Made by a program: the position numbers and the translations under genes | Notes under the pieces: model-generated | Seen by the model: only the letters and a program-made list of their open reading frames with translations | Told to the model about the DNA's origin: nothing | Database searches by the model: none | Assembly: GCF_001194135.2 (NCBI RefSeq) | Contig: NC_068990.1 | Span: forward strand, 66,610,283 to 66,674,282 | Source: Octopus bimaculoides | Taxonomy: Eukaryota | Length of the DNA: 64,000 nt | Direction of reading: 5' to 3' | In this document: positions 12,198-25,591 of the stretch, one piece after another | Position numbering within the stretch: position 1 is the first letter of the stretch | How the letters are laid out: each line of letters begins with the position of its first letter

Positions 12198-13129
12198 GTA
12201 CATATATATANNNNNNNNNNNNNNNNNNNNNNNNNNNNNNNNNNNNNNNNNNNNNNNNNNNNNNNNNNNNNNNNNNNNNNNNNNNNNNNNNNNNNNNNNN
12301 NNNNNNNNNNNNNNNNNNNNNNNNNNNNNNNNNNNNNNNNNNNNNNNNNNNNNNNNNNNNNNNNNNNNNNNNNNNNNNNNNNNNNNNNNNNNNNNNNNNN
12401 NNNNNNNNNNNNNNNNNNNNNNNNNNNNNNNNNNNNNNNNNNNNNNNNNNNNNNNNNNNNNNNNNNNNNNNNNNNNNNNNNNNNNNNNNNNNNNNNNNNN
12501 NNNNNNNNNNNNNNNNNNNNNNNNNNNNNNNNNNNNNNNNNNNNNNNNNNNNNNNNNNNNNNNNNNNNNNNNNNNNNNNNNNNNNNNNNNNNNNNNNNNN
12601 NNNNNNNNNNNNNNNNNNNNNNNNNNNNNNNNNNNNNNNNNNNNNNNNNNNNNNNNNNNNNNNNNNNNNNNNNNNNNNNNNNNNNNNNNNNNNNNNNNNN
12701 NNNNNNNNNNNNNNNNNNNNNNNNNNNNNNNNNNNNNNNNNNNNNNNNNNNNNNNNNNNNNNNNNNNNNNNNNNNNNNNNNNNNNNNNNNNNNNNNNNNN
12801 NNNNNNNNNNNNNNNNNNNNNNNNNNNNNNNNNNNNNNNNNNNNNNNNNNNNNNNNNNNNNNNNNNNNNNNNNNNNNNNNNNNNNNNNNNNNNNNNNNNN
12901 NNNNNNNNNNNNNNNNNNNNNNNNNNNNNNNNNNNNNNNNNNNNNNNNNNNNNNNNNNNNNNNNNNNNNNNNNNNNNNNNNNNNNNNNNNNNNNNNNNNN
13001 NNNNNNNNNNNNNNNNNNNNNNNNNNNNNNNNNNNNNNNNNNNNNNNNNNNNNNNNNNNNNNNNNNNNNNNNNNNNNNNNNNNNNNNNNNNNNNNNNNNN
13101 NNNNNNNNNNNNNNNNNNNNNNNNNNNNN

Positions 13130-13600
13130 AGAAGAACTACTCTCCACAAAGAACAACTCCGCCAGCCACATTACAGACAGATACAGGTCAGTGGACACAT
13201 AGAAAGGTGTGCGAGGAACCTTAATCCTAATTTCCTAATTTTTCCCTTCTATCAATGTTCACAGAACACATCAACACAATAAAGAATGAATAGAGGCAAT
13301 TTTCATTAATAAATATCTTCCTCAACTAAATATAAACACATAACATCATATAGAACACCACTAATCTTCCATTTAATAACACTAACCCCCATACATCCCA
13401 TACATCATGCACACTACAAATCCAGATCTATCCTAATTGCACCAAATCCAGAACTACTTACCTCCCTTACACATAATCTTTTTCCTAAGGGACTAAAAGA
13501 CTTGACACCGTTCGGAATTCGGTGTATACTCAAAGCAATGACTAGTATTATTACGAAACCGGTATGCTTGTAAATCTCTTTAATAACTCACATAATGACT
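13130..13600 (+). mobile_element. Penelope-like element: GIY-YIG endonuclease C-terminus plus 3' region
   Basis: RTTLHKEQLRQPHYRQIQVSGHIERCARNLNPNFLIFPFYQ.., then frameshifted E.AIFINKYLPQLN; followed by C/A-rich UTR and a hammerhead remnant. Confidence 0.75.
13533..13569 (+). ncRNA. degenerate minimal type I hammerhead (PLE-type)
   Basis: AAGCA-[AUGACUA vs CUGANGA, 2 mismatches]-GUA-uuau-UAC-GAAAC-CG-GUA-UGCUU; 5-bp stem I; palindromic stem III ACCGGU. Confidence 0.55.
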
Positions 13601-14077
13601 TTTACTACCTTTATTCCTTCCTCAGTTCATCTAATGGTATATATATATCGTTACTTTTCATAAAAAGCCTTACTTTCTTTTTGATTTTCAATGTGCATTT
13701 TCTCTTGAGAGAGGGGGGATGAAAGAAAGAAGAGTGGAAAGAACGAAGTAAGTGTGAAGGGGCTGATAGAAAGAAAGAATGAGAGTTATACAAAATTTAT
13801 ATGTATGTATATATATAATGTACTTACATATAAGAGACCAAAGTGTACGTGAGTCGCCATATGTATATAAAAAGGAATACAAAAAATGGGACAAGAACGC
13901 AAAACATCCAGACAGATGATACAAAAAAGGGACAAGAAAAATAAGGACGGGACATTCGGAGATTTCTTTCCTTAGTCGAGTTCCAGTTTATCTTTGCAAT
14001 TTCGGTTGGTTAACCGAAAACAAGGACGGAAAAATGACGGAGAAATGGTACACAAATACAAATGCAAATAACCGGAC

Positions 14078-14134
<57 letters not shown>

Positions 14135-14388
14135 TAGAGAGATAGAGAGGGAACAGAGGGAGGGAGAGAGTTGATGATAAACTGTGGCTAAGTTAGATCC
14201 ATATAGTACCTGATTTCGTCATAGGTTCAAATACTGCCTTTGAGTAATTGCTGTTTTTCATAATTTACTAAATTGAGCGAGTGAATGCCATTAGACGAAT
14301 AAAGAAGACAAAGATATATTACACAAATCAGAAATACTAAGCAAAGTGGAACTCAAATGCGTAAATATTATTTTGTGACTTGCAGAAA

Positions 14389-14416
14389 ACCACCCTAAGG
14401 GTGGTATCTTTGCTAG
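14389..14416 (+). mobile_element. Helitron-type 3' terminus
   Basis: Perfect hairpin accaccc-taa-gggtggt, 7 nt spacer, then CTAG followed by T; 5' end not identified. Confidence 0.45.
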
Positions 14417-16099
14417 TAATTATAATTCTGTATATTATCACTGAAAATTTCATTGTTTCCGATTGTATAAATTTCCCTCAGTAATCACCTTTTCTCCCAA
14501 AATCATTTTCGATATAAATACAAAACATTTATTCATATAATTTCTACAACTACAGTTTTCCGTAAGTCAATTTTTAAATCTCTTTTCAATATCGATTTCT
14601 CGCATTTTGAGATTTCATACCAAATTGTGCGCTTGCATACCGAATTGTGCGCTTTTTCCGTTCTTGACACTTTTTGCTGTCTCATTATAGCATTGGAATC
14701 TATGTTACGGTGTATATAAATAATGACACACACACACAGATACGCGCGCGCGCGCATACAGACATGCATTCACACGCGTTTCTCTCTGAAAGTACGCTGT
14801 ACAAGACAGCCCGTGAGCATAGACCATACGCACTTATTAGTATCTGACTGCCAGCAACACAAAAGAGGGAAACAACATATATCACTTATGGATACATATA
14901 TTCGTATATATTTGTATATGTGAATGAATGCGTGTTTGTGCGTATGTATATACATTGATGTATGTATGTATATATGTACACATGTATATATGTATATATC
15001 TATCCATATGTATATATNNNNNNNNNNNNNNNNNNNNNATATATATATATATATACATACATAATACATACATGCACCTATAAACGTTTGTATATTGCTT
15101 GATTATAATTTTCAATGTGTCTTCCTATTAGCTATAGTTATATATTATTGTATATATTATCGCATTAAATCTGAATCGATTTTCTTAATATCCTGAGTAC
15201 GATCTTTGTACAGAAGAGATAGAGATAGAAATGGTATGGTAAAAATACGATGAGATAAAGTGAAAGAGAGAGAGAGGGAGAGGGGAGAGAGAGGGGGAGA
15301 GAGGGGGAGAGAGAGAGAGGGAGAATCAGAGAGGGGAAGACTGAGAAAGAGAGAGCGTGAATAAGATATGTATTTCAAATGCTAATTCCTTAAATCCTGC
15401 CATTGATGCCTCTGGTAATGGTTCCGTAATAATATAAACAACAACAACAACAACAACAACAGCAACAACAACAACAGATACAACACATAGTTACTAACTG
15501 TGTTGGGTGAACTGCTGTTGACAATAGTCGTTGTGAATCATTTAGATTCATCTGAAATTTCTCCGGCAAATTTATAAAAATTTTCGAAATTTTTGGTGTC
15601 TCATTTTAAAATTATTTGAATGAAGCATCCCATGGCAACAGCTTGATCATTTTCACCAACTGTATTATTCCTCCCCAACTACACTTTGTCATTTAGCTAA
15701 TTAAAATCGTCATTAATATCAGTTCTCTCATTCTTGAAACTCCAATTGTTAGGCTATGTGCGTTTTAATGTTTCGGCAGATATTGTTTCTGTTGTTTAGG
15801 TATTTTGTCTGTCCATTTTTATGTTTTTGCCTGTGCATTACATCACAGAACATCATTACAAATTTCCGTAATAAATTAAGCATGTTACCGAGTTGAAGAA
15901 GTTTGATCAACTGGATAATCCAAAAATGTAGTAGACAAAACTCTCTCTACATATATCTAAATTCAATAAGCAACCCCCTTACAATCAGCTCATGAGAAGT
16001 GTTAGTCAATAAAGACAATATATAATAGAGCTGACCTGGTCTTTAAGTCTACCGATGAAAGGAAAAAGCATATTTTAGTCATTTCTGCCAAGCATATTC

Positions 16100-16320
16100 T
16101 ACCGTAATCTCTTACTATCGCAGGCATTATGTTCCAAAACCCACCGCAATAGATGAAAATCCGCAAAGTAGAAACAGTACTGTATAATTTTAATAAATAT
16201 TTTTATAATTTGTATATATTTATTTTATTATAAATGCAAGACAACACCACGGAGGAATTGACGTATGCTTAAACAATAAACCGCGATAGGTGAATCATGA
16301 TATGGCGAGTGATTACTGTA
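16100..16320. mobile_element. Tigger/pogo-type MITE
   Basis: TA-ccgtaatc...gattactg-TA ends; subterminal gttccaaaacccaccgcaatagatgaaaatccgc and accgcgata typical of Tigger-like elements. Confidence 0.72.
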
Positions 16321-16422
16321 TTGAGATTGCAAAAATTGATCTATCTAAATATGTGTGTATGTACCGGCATACGTGTACACGTGTGTGTATGTGTGTGCTT
16401 ATATATATACATGTACATATAC

Positions 16423-16970
16423 AGGCGCAGGCGTGGTTGTGTGGTAAGAAGCTTGGTTCTCAACCACTTGGTTCCGGGTTCAGTTCCACTGCGTGGCATC
16501 TAAGGCTAGTGTCTTCTACTGTAGCCTCTGGCCGACCAACCTCTTGTGAGTGGATTTGGTAGACAAAAACTGAAAGAAGTACGTCGTATCAGTTATCGAG
16601 GTAAACGCATTCCATCCTACCCTTAATCACTTCGAGATATCAGCACCACTGTCTCGCGCCTATCCACTGGTTGGCCTAAATAGACCTACTTCTTTACTTC
16701 CTCGATTTCATAGCTTCTCATCTCTTGAACCCTGTGCTATGTCTTCCGATGCAAGTGTTTTGTTTTCACGTGATTCATTTTTAAGCCTACAGTCTAGCGA
16801 GGTCCGGTGTTGGTGTGTTTAGGTCCTTGAAACCTCAGAGGTTGGGCAAAAGAGAATAATAGAATAAGTAGCAAGCTTTAAAAGAATACATACAAGGGTC
16901 GAGTGGCTCGACTGAAATTTTTCAAGGCGGTGCCATAGCACCGCCGTAATCTAAACGACTGTAACGACAG
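16423..16970 (+). mobile_element. SINE family B interrupted by an RTE fragment
   Basis: Head aggcgcaggcgtggttgtgtggtaagaagc..gttcagttcc (A/B-box-like) at 16423-16589; tail resumes at ~16797 (gtgttggtgtgttt..aaggcggtgcc). Confidence 0.85.
16590..16790 (-). mobile_element. RTE-clade LINE RT fragment nested in the SINE
   Basis: Minus-strand peptides EIEEVKK*VYLGQ and RVGWNAF match the RTE motifs Y.YLG and R.(G/A)W.AF. Confidence 0.6.
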
Positions 16971-16971
16971 A

Positions 16972-17032
<61 letters not shown>

Positions 17033-17039
17033 ATTCAAA

Positions 17040-17474
17040 TAAACGCTACTGACTTGGTCTTAGGTGAAGTCTGTTCTTCTATACAGAGCAGAAATATGGA
17101 CGCTCACTAAAGCACTGAAAAAGCAGTTGTTATACGAGGGTGCTCAGAATGGAATCCAATGTCTCCTGGAAGGGTCATACAACAAACGCCGACTTATATC
17201 AGGGACTACCAAAAGTAATATTGAAGATACAGCATAGAAGGGTGAGGCTAGCTGGACACTGCATCAGACATACCGATGAAATTGCTAACAAGCTGGCGCT
17301 CTGGCAAACAACGGAAGGAAGAACCAGAAGACGAAGGAGGAAGACAACCTATATCGACAACTTGCTGGCGGATACTAGTACAGAAGGGGTACAGGAGCTG
17401 AGGACCATTATGGGAGATCGAGATGAATGGGGAAAACGCGTGAAAAGTTTTGGGGCGTCCTGACGACGACCTAT

Positions 17475-17475
<1 letters not shown>
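17040..17475 (+). mobile_element. RTE-X-like LINE 3' end (5'-truncated)
   Basis: VLLYRAEIWTLTK..LRMESNVSWKGHTTNADLYQGLPKV..RRVRLAGHCIRH..TYIDNL..DRDEW; flanked by (GA)n and (AT)n. Confidence 0.85.
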
Positions 17476-17538
<63 letters not shown>

Positions 17539-19128
17539 CAATTATTAGCTACAAAAGCAGTATTAATAGCGAAAGATATTCTTTATATATATACAGCTTT
17601 AGCTACCAAGTGCTTATGTGAGAGGATCTTTCAAGGTTAGTAATGCAGTATACGGTGTTCTAACAAGACACCCTTGTTAAGCTGGATATAAAGATTAAAT
17701 TTTCCTATTAATACTGCTTCCGTCAGTAATAATTGATATTTCTTCCGACACTAATAATTAATTCTTAATAAGCCTGCTGACTATTTGCGACATCAATGGC
17801 CGTGAAGATGCTGATATTCTATATATCGTAGCAGCAAGACTTGACTGGAATACAGTAACCGGGCACTTCCATCTGATATTTCTTGTAGAATGAAACCATG
17901 TGATATGGGAAATCCGTGATATTGGAATTCTGTGCTTTTGTGCACGAAAAGTCTAAATGAGAGGACCTCTCAATGCTAATAACGCAGTATTCGGTATTCT
18001 AACAAGGTATCCTTGTCAGACTGTCTCTCTCACCCTTTTTCTCTCTCTACCTCTCATATATGCATAGGACATGGGCTAGTGGGGAGTAATGCTTCACCAC
18101 CTCCTTGTGATTTACTTTAATGGGTATTTTCATGAAGTCCTGGGTCTATCAAGTCAAAATATTGATGTTGCCTGTCAAAAAACTGGGATGGAAGATGCCC
18201 ACCTTGGACGTTTTGACCACGCCCACTTTTGCGGGTTGAGGAAGAAAATTAGGGGTATGGATAATTCAAACAGCTCTAGCTTTGCAACTCTTCGCCAAAA
18301 TATTTCAAATGACCACTTAAAATGATTGCCTGGACAAGATCTACAGGTTCATGTAAATGATGAGCAAATTTATTCTGTAAAAAGGTCACCAGAGGTGAAA
18401 AGGTTATGAACTTTTACCTTTACCGATAATATCTAGCATTCACAGGTTTTATCTATCACCAAAACCAAATGTTACATTTGATCCTCTTTGATGAAAATAT
18501 TTGCATAATTTGATGTTTCATTTTATAGATCAACTCAAATATCTTCTGTGGTCAGTTACAATGATTCAAAGAAAGATTCCAAAGTAACACTTGCTAGGTT
18601 TTGCTTTTCTTCTATTCGAAACATTCAGAAATTCGTACAAAACAGTATGTAAAAGTGCAGATGTATCTCACATTGTATGGGGTAACAACTTCTTTTCAAC
18701 TTTAAAAAAATTCTTGTATGAAAAAGCACATGTAAACCTTCGTTTTGATTAATTTTCAATAAAAAAGAATGTTATATCTTCNNNNNNNNNNNNNNNNNNN
18801 NNNNNNNNNNNNNNNNNNNNNNNNNNNNNNNNNNNNNNNNNNNNNNNNNNNNNNNNNNNNNNNNNNNNNNNNNNNNNNNNNNNNNNNNNNNNNNNNNNNN
18901 NNNNNNNNNNNNNNNNNNNNNNNNNNNNNNNNNNNNNNNNNNNNNNNNNNNNNNNNNNNNNNNNNNNNNNNNNNNNNNNNNNNNNNNNNNNNNNNNNNNN
19001 NNNNNNNNNNNNNNNNNNNNNNNNNNNNNNNNNNNNNNNNNNNNNNNNNNNNNNNNNNNNNNNNNNNNNNNNNNNNNNNNNNNNNNNNNNNNNNNNNNNN
19101 NNNNNNNNNNNNNNNNNNNNNNNNNNNN

Positions 19129-19161
<33 letters not shown>

Positions 19162-19823
19162 TACATATATATCCAACACATAAGCACACTCGCGCGCGCG
19201 CGCACAGATGTATAGGAAATGTTGGCTTCAGGGACCAAGTACATCTTAAGCTTCATTGTCTACAGTGTTCAAAGATTTCGATCGGCTACTTTATTGAAGC
19301 TATCATTCTGGTTTGGTGTTCTTAGATTTCAAACACACCCAAAGGAAGTTTTCGTCTACAAATTGCTAAGATAATAGTAACTGCTCGAACTTTTCTACGC
19401 CATATTTCTACTCTACCGTTTTAGTATTTACCATTTCAAACACTTTTTCGGGTATTTTCCTACAGACATACTTTTGATATAAATATTACTACTGCACTTA
19501 GACAGAGATAGCATACTTCATTCTAAACGTTTCTAATTAATCTGCTATTTTTTAACAATATGTTCATACACACACAAATACTCTCACAGATACGTATACA
19601 CAGCACGTACTCTTGAATGTATCCACGCAAATACATATATACGTAAGCGCTTTTCTGTGATTTTATATGTGTGTGTGTTTTTCATACATTCGAATGTATA
19701 CGTATAAGTGTGTGCTTGTGTGTGCATATTTGTGTGTTTGCGTGTGTGTTTATTGAAATATTGTTAATGCTCACTACAAAAGGATTTATCATTTTAACTA
19801 CAATAGAAGCAATAACAATAATT

Positions 19824-19871
<48 letters not shown>

Positions 19872-20888
19872 GGATAATAGAAATCAAGTTTAAGAAATAA
19901 AAGAAACAAGTACATGTTAATGAGATATTAATTAGTGTGACACACTGCGATAATTATGTCCAGAAGACGATGGCGAGAAACACGACTTTATTTCGATCGA
20001 AAAAGAGGCAAGTAAAACATGTCTCTAGTTTCACCTCTTGTGTTATGATCGTGTCTAGATGAAAAGGAAAGAAGAAACAAAAAGTGCAACAAAACAAAGC
20101 ACAATGGCTAACGAACCGAATAATACGTGGAACGCTAGGTGTTTCCTACTCTTGATTAATTAGACACCGAGATAGTAATTAAATTCTAATCTTAATATTA
20201 ATTCTGTAATTATTAGTCAGTGCATACAAAAAAATGTCCTGAAGGTATTGGAAATCGAACAAACAAGGAAATATTGTAAATCTTAATATTTCGATGACAT
20301 CAATGTGTTTTGGCGGGAGTATTTGTATGACATTTAAAGGATCGGGTTGTTTTCGTTATTTATTTTTATACAAGAGAATACATATAGTCAGTTTGTTTCG
20401 GTTTCTTTTCAGTCAACGTTGCATTTTCTGTGGCAAATAACTTCCAATAGACATCAACTGTTCTAAGCTTTTAATAAACATATAATTTTCTTTTAGTATT
20501 AGGAATAAGTAAAAGAGATATCTAAAAATCTACAAGAGTCTACTCAAGACATTAATGTTGTTAAATGCACTTATCTCGATATAAATTATACGAATCGATT
20601 GCACCCGACCTACCGAAACAAAGAGAAGTTCTTCGTAAAAAAAAAAATACTATTTTAAAGAATTTTTGTACATTAAGAAAATTGATTAGTTTTCCTAATA
20701 TCATATACAAATATTAAATATAATGACATTGTACGTACAAACATTGCACTATCACAATTACTAGCCGTTTTCGGATGGTATTCTCAGTGTAGATTACAGT
20801 TATATAAACAAATACAGAAGATATTCTCTTGTTGGTGGTGTCGGCGGTGATACGTACGTCTTGTTTCCTGTTTTTTTTTTTTAAACAG

Positions 20889-21025
20889 CTTTTTTTTCAA
20901 GTGTACCGTTACCGGAGATTACTTTATGGCAAGCTTTCCGACCAGATTTCTGGAATGAAGTCATCATATCTTCATGGGGCCCCGATACACCTCTCTTGCT
21001 GCCAAAAGAAATAATACTAAACAAG
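20889..21025 (+). CDS. putative isolated internal exon, product unknown
   Basis: Strong poly-T acceptor ..tttaaacag; 45 open codons FFSSVPLPEITLWQAFRPDFWNEVIISSWGPDTPLLLPKEIILNK; weak donor AAG|gtgtag; no recognised homology. Confidence 0.22.
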
Positions 21026-21214
21026 GTGTAGTAATGGAGTTAAGGATCTCGTTTTGTAAGCATATAGTTTCGTGTTGAGTCCTACAACGCGTCGAGCCGG
21101 CTAATGACTTTTCAGTTAATTTGGTACAGGAGGGAAACTACATACATAGATACATACATAGATACATACATACATACATACATACATACATACACACACA
21201 CACAGGCACACACG

Positions 21215-21278
<64 letters not shown>

Positions 21279-22244
21279 CATATATAGATAGAAACATTCA
21301 TATATATATAAACACATATATATGGACATAGACATCTATATATATATACATGCACATATAAATTTATATACATACATATACATACATATATAAATATATA
21401 CACATACATACATACACACATATATATATATATATATGAACATTATCATTTCTAAATCTCTCAACGGGTGACATTCCATCCGATATTTTAACGCAATGTG
21501 TCTAAGAAGAGAGTATCTCTGTGCAAAAATCACAGCATTAAATCTGTCAAAGGTGTGTTTACATTAATTATGATACATAGATGGCTATTTTAGTTTAATG
21601 CTATTTCAATTACACACACCAAGTATAAAGCAGAATTCTATTTAACTGCAAGGCAAATTACGAATTTTAAAAACACCAGCTAAAAGAAAACACAACCATT
21701 TAACTATGCCAAACAGAAATCTTATGAACAACAACAATGAAAAACAACAATGAAAAACAACAACTCTATCCTAGCACGCATCGCTTAGGGTGTGAATATA
21801 GACAGGGAAAAATTGCCTTTGGCTGCTTGCGTTGTTTTGAAAAGAAAAACCTCCGTATGAAATATTTTGATGGATGACGGAAAGTTGCTAGCATTTTTGC
21901 ACATCGAACTGGAGTCAGTTTTCTACAATCATTCAGAGAAGTCCATGAGAATAGAAGGTAAATTCTAGTTGTCTTTTCGAATACACAACAACCTATCATA
22001 TTCCATTCAACCAAGATTTGAAGACAACTCTGGTTGATAGCTGAAATGAAATATTCTGCGTTGAGACAAGGAAGGTATATGGGACTATGCATCGTTTTAA
22101 AAAGAAAGAACAGCGTGAACACCCAAGCCCAGATAGTAGACGAGCCGGTCGCTCATAAGCTGAACTTAGGTCTAAATCGAAGACTAGGAACCTACAGCAA
22201 GTTGGTAGAATCATTAGAACTTCGTTCAAAATACTTTGAGGCAT

Positions 22245-22410
22245 TAGATTAGCTCGAACTCCATGTTCTGAGTTCAAATCGAGCTGAAGAGGACTTTGCC
22301 ATTCATCCGTTTGAATCGATAAAATAACGTACCCATCATGTATTAGTGTTGATAGGTATCGATTTACCTTATCCGCTAAAGACGGATAGCCACGAGCCTA
22401 AATCAGAAAT
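22245..22410 (+). mobile_element. SINE family A, degenerate
   Basis: gttctgagttcaaat..ctttgccattcatcc..gataaaata matches the 50998 copy. Confidence 0.6.
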
Positions 22411-22539
22411 CATTACTACTGCCATTTTTCTCATTATTGTCTCCCGTTGTAAGACGACATTGTATTTGCGTGTCTATTCAAACGTTACCAAATGAATTTT
22501 ATCTCGGAGTTCATGTCTAAGGTTGGGGTTCTCTCAAAA

Positions 22540-23290
22540 TTTTAGAAACTTAGCCATTATATTTTATTATTCTTCCCTTTCTTTTGAGGTTTACTACTCA
22601 CTTTAGTAAACCCCTGTATCATTTTCTGTATCCATCCCTCCACCTTAGTTCCTTTAAAACATAGCATTCCACCTCTCACTCCTCATACATATTCATTCCT
22701 TACACTCTTATCTCTTCCTATCCCATCCCCGTCATAACATCTTGATCACCAACTAACACTCGTTTTTTCACTTTCTATTCCTCTTTCTTTCTTCCTTTCT
22801 TTCTTTCTTTTTTTCTTCATCTGTTCCTTTTGACCATTCTTCTCATTTTAACATACACATCTTTTCTCTCCTCTCTATCTACTTAATACTACCACTATAT
22901 ACTCAAAATTTCAGTCACACCACAAGACTCCCTTTGATTGAACAGCACATGGAATCTACATCGCCACACTTTCTATTTGCAATGACAAAATATGAACTCC
23001 TATCACAATTTACATACCATGGATAAGAAACATTTCTACCCTTTCTATACACCACATTCATGCACACCACTTTCCTACATATATTCTTATTTTTACTTTT
23101 ATTCTCTTATTTCCCGTTATACTTCTTATGTTCATCCTTTTCCAAAATAACTCCTTATATTGAACTCTACTATTTCCTTCTATTTAACAATCTCACACCA
23201 TCTCTAATGAAGGTATTCCTTAATATCCGCGAAACAGCTGTAAGACTAAATTTCTGTCCATAAATCTCCTAAAAATTTAACACAGCGTTG
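22540..23290 (+). mobile_element. probable Penelope-derived pyrimidine-rich 3' region ending in a hammerhead remnant
   Basis: C/T-rich non-coding tract like the 13300-13600 UTR; ends in a hammerhead-like motif at 23201-23245. Confidence 0.45.
23201..23245 (+). ncRNA. degenerate minimal type I hammerhead (PLE-type)
   Basis: UCU-CUAAUGA(G5>A)-A-GGUAUU-ccuu-AAUAUCC-gc-GAAAC-AGCU-GUA-AGA; palindromic stem III ACAGCUGU. Confidence 0.6.
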
Positions 23291-23822
23291 GCTTTGTTGT
23301 CTCATTTTATTTAACATACACATGCTCATACAAAACACGCATTAAACTCCTCACTGGTATCACTATCGAACCGAGAGTTTAGCTAGCCTTACCTGCCTTG
23401 GATCTTCTGGATACCAATACCTCTCATACACACACACATATATGTGTGTGTGTATGTGTGTGTGTATGCATGTATATATACAAACATATGTATATATATA
23501 TATATATAAAGATATAGAGAGGGGGAGAAGTGTGATTACAAAAACAAACTCCATGCGTGTTGAATGGTCGTTTTTAAATAAAACAAGGGCATTTATCCTT
23601 GGTAGGAAAAAGATGTAAGGCGTATGAAATAAATGAAGTCTATCTTAAAATCAGTGTGGTTAATATCTTGACCACCAACTAACAATCCATTTTCACTTTG
23701 TCTTCCTCTTTCTTTCTTTCTTTCTTTTCTTCTTTTCTAACCTATTCCTTTTGACCATTCTCCTCATTTTTACATACACATCTTTTCTCTGACCTTGGCG
23801 TAGACCATTCATCTCGCTCGCC

Positions 23823-23885
<63 letters not shown>

Positions 23886-24658
23886 CACAAAATTTGCCGC
23901 TATCAGCCCAATGACCGATTACAAGCGTGTTGGAATATGAACGAAGAAGCATGACTTCTCTCTCCTTTTTACTATATAAGTATATATATATATATGTACA
24001 TATATGTGTATATATATATATATGTGAATACATATGTATATATATATATATATGTGTGTGTATGTATATATATGTATATGTATGTATGCATGTATATTTG
24101 TGTATATAAGGCGTGTGTATGTGCCTTTAAAATTCCTATTACGACATTTCTGACATTGTATAACGTCTCTCACCTCACCCTTTATATTTGTAAACGTGAT
24201 GGCACATTTCTCACTCCACATTATCTTTTCGTTCTTACTAACCCCTAATAAAAGTTTCGTAATTTAAAAGTTCACGAGGCTGTGTGTCTAATAGGGAAAG
24301 TATTATCATTATTGTTGTTGCTGTTGCCTGTTTATTTTGCTGTTGTTTTTATAATTGTTATCTTCATCCTAGGCATCGTCGTCGTCGTTTTGTTGTTTTT
24401 CTTATTGCTGTTGTTCTTCTTCTCCTCGCTACTGCTATATTGTTACTATTTTCTTGGAACTATTGTTGTTTAATTTGCTTTGTTCCGGTGTGTTTGCGTC
24501 AAAAGATCCATTTCCAAACCATAAAGACGATAATTTTCTAGCGAATTATTAGCAGAGACGAATCGAATTAGACATTAATTTCAAAGACACCTTTTTCAAA
24601 GTCAAATTCACTTGCTCACGTACACTTATCCTTTTTCTTTCTGTAAATTTATTTGATA

Positions 24659-24689
<31 letters not shown>

Positions 24690-24761
24690 CTTCTTCTTCT
24701 TCTTCTTCTTCTTCTTCTTCTTCTTCTTCNNNNNNNNNNCTTCTTCTTCTTCTTCTTCTTC

Positions 24762-24812
<51 letters not shown>

Positions 24813-25223
24813 GTTTCTAATGCACCTTTACTCAGAGAGATTGTATCTGATTGATCGCCATATGGAACAAGGAGACGAGTGAAAAATACGACAATAACAC
24901 GTCGGAAGTTTCTAAGATTTAATGTCGAAGCGTTAGAAAGGTTATTTACATTACTAGTGGAAATGGAACAAGAGACGTGCAAAGAGAAGGTGCTGGTGTC
25001 TACGAAGTAGTGGTTTCAGTGAAGTTTTTAATAGAGAAAGCAAGCTTAAACATATTCATGAAGTTAATTGCTTGCTTATGGGTCATAGACTGTTCCTTTT
25101 TTTTATCCTTTCTATCTCGGATCATGAAAGACCATGGCAGTTAAGGCAATCTACACATCATAAAATATATTATTATTCTTGTCATTGTTGAATTTCATTA
25201 TTAATATTAATATNNNNNNNNNN

Positions 25224-25268
<45 letters not shown>

Positions 25269-25591
25269 TTGCTTAGTGTGATAGTGTGGTTGTGAATCTT
25301 AAGCTGCTTAAATTTCCTGAAAACAATGCAAAAAAAAAACAAATTCCTTTTCATTTACGGCTTCTCATTACTAGATCAGCCATGGACGTCGTAACTTCAC
25401 ATTACTTGATCTTGATTTTTCTGAAACTTTAGGCTTGCACATCATTTTATCAATGATGTTGTTGTTACAATTATTATTATTGTTTTACTTCTCAGAGATG
25501 GCTCCGGTTTATTCTGTGAGATCGGACAGCAGCCTTTTGATAGAGGTCACACAGGGTCACTTTCCGCACATTATAATCTTTGATAATTGGC

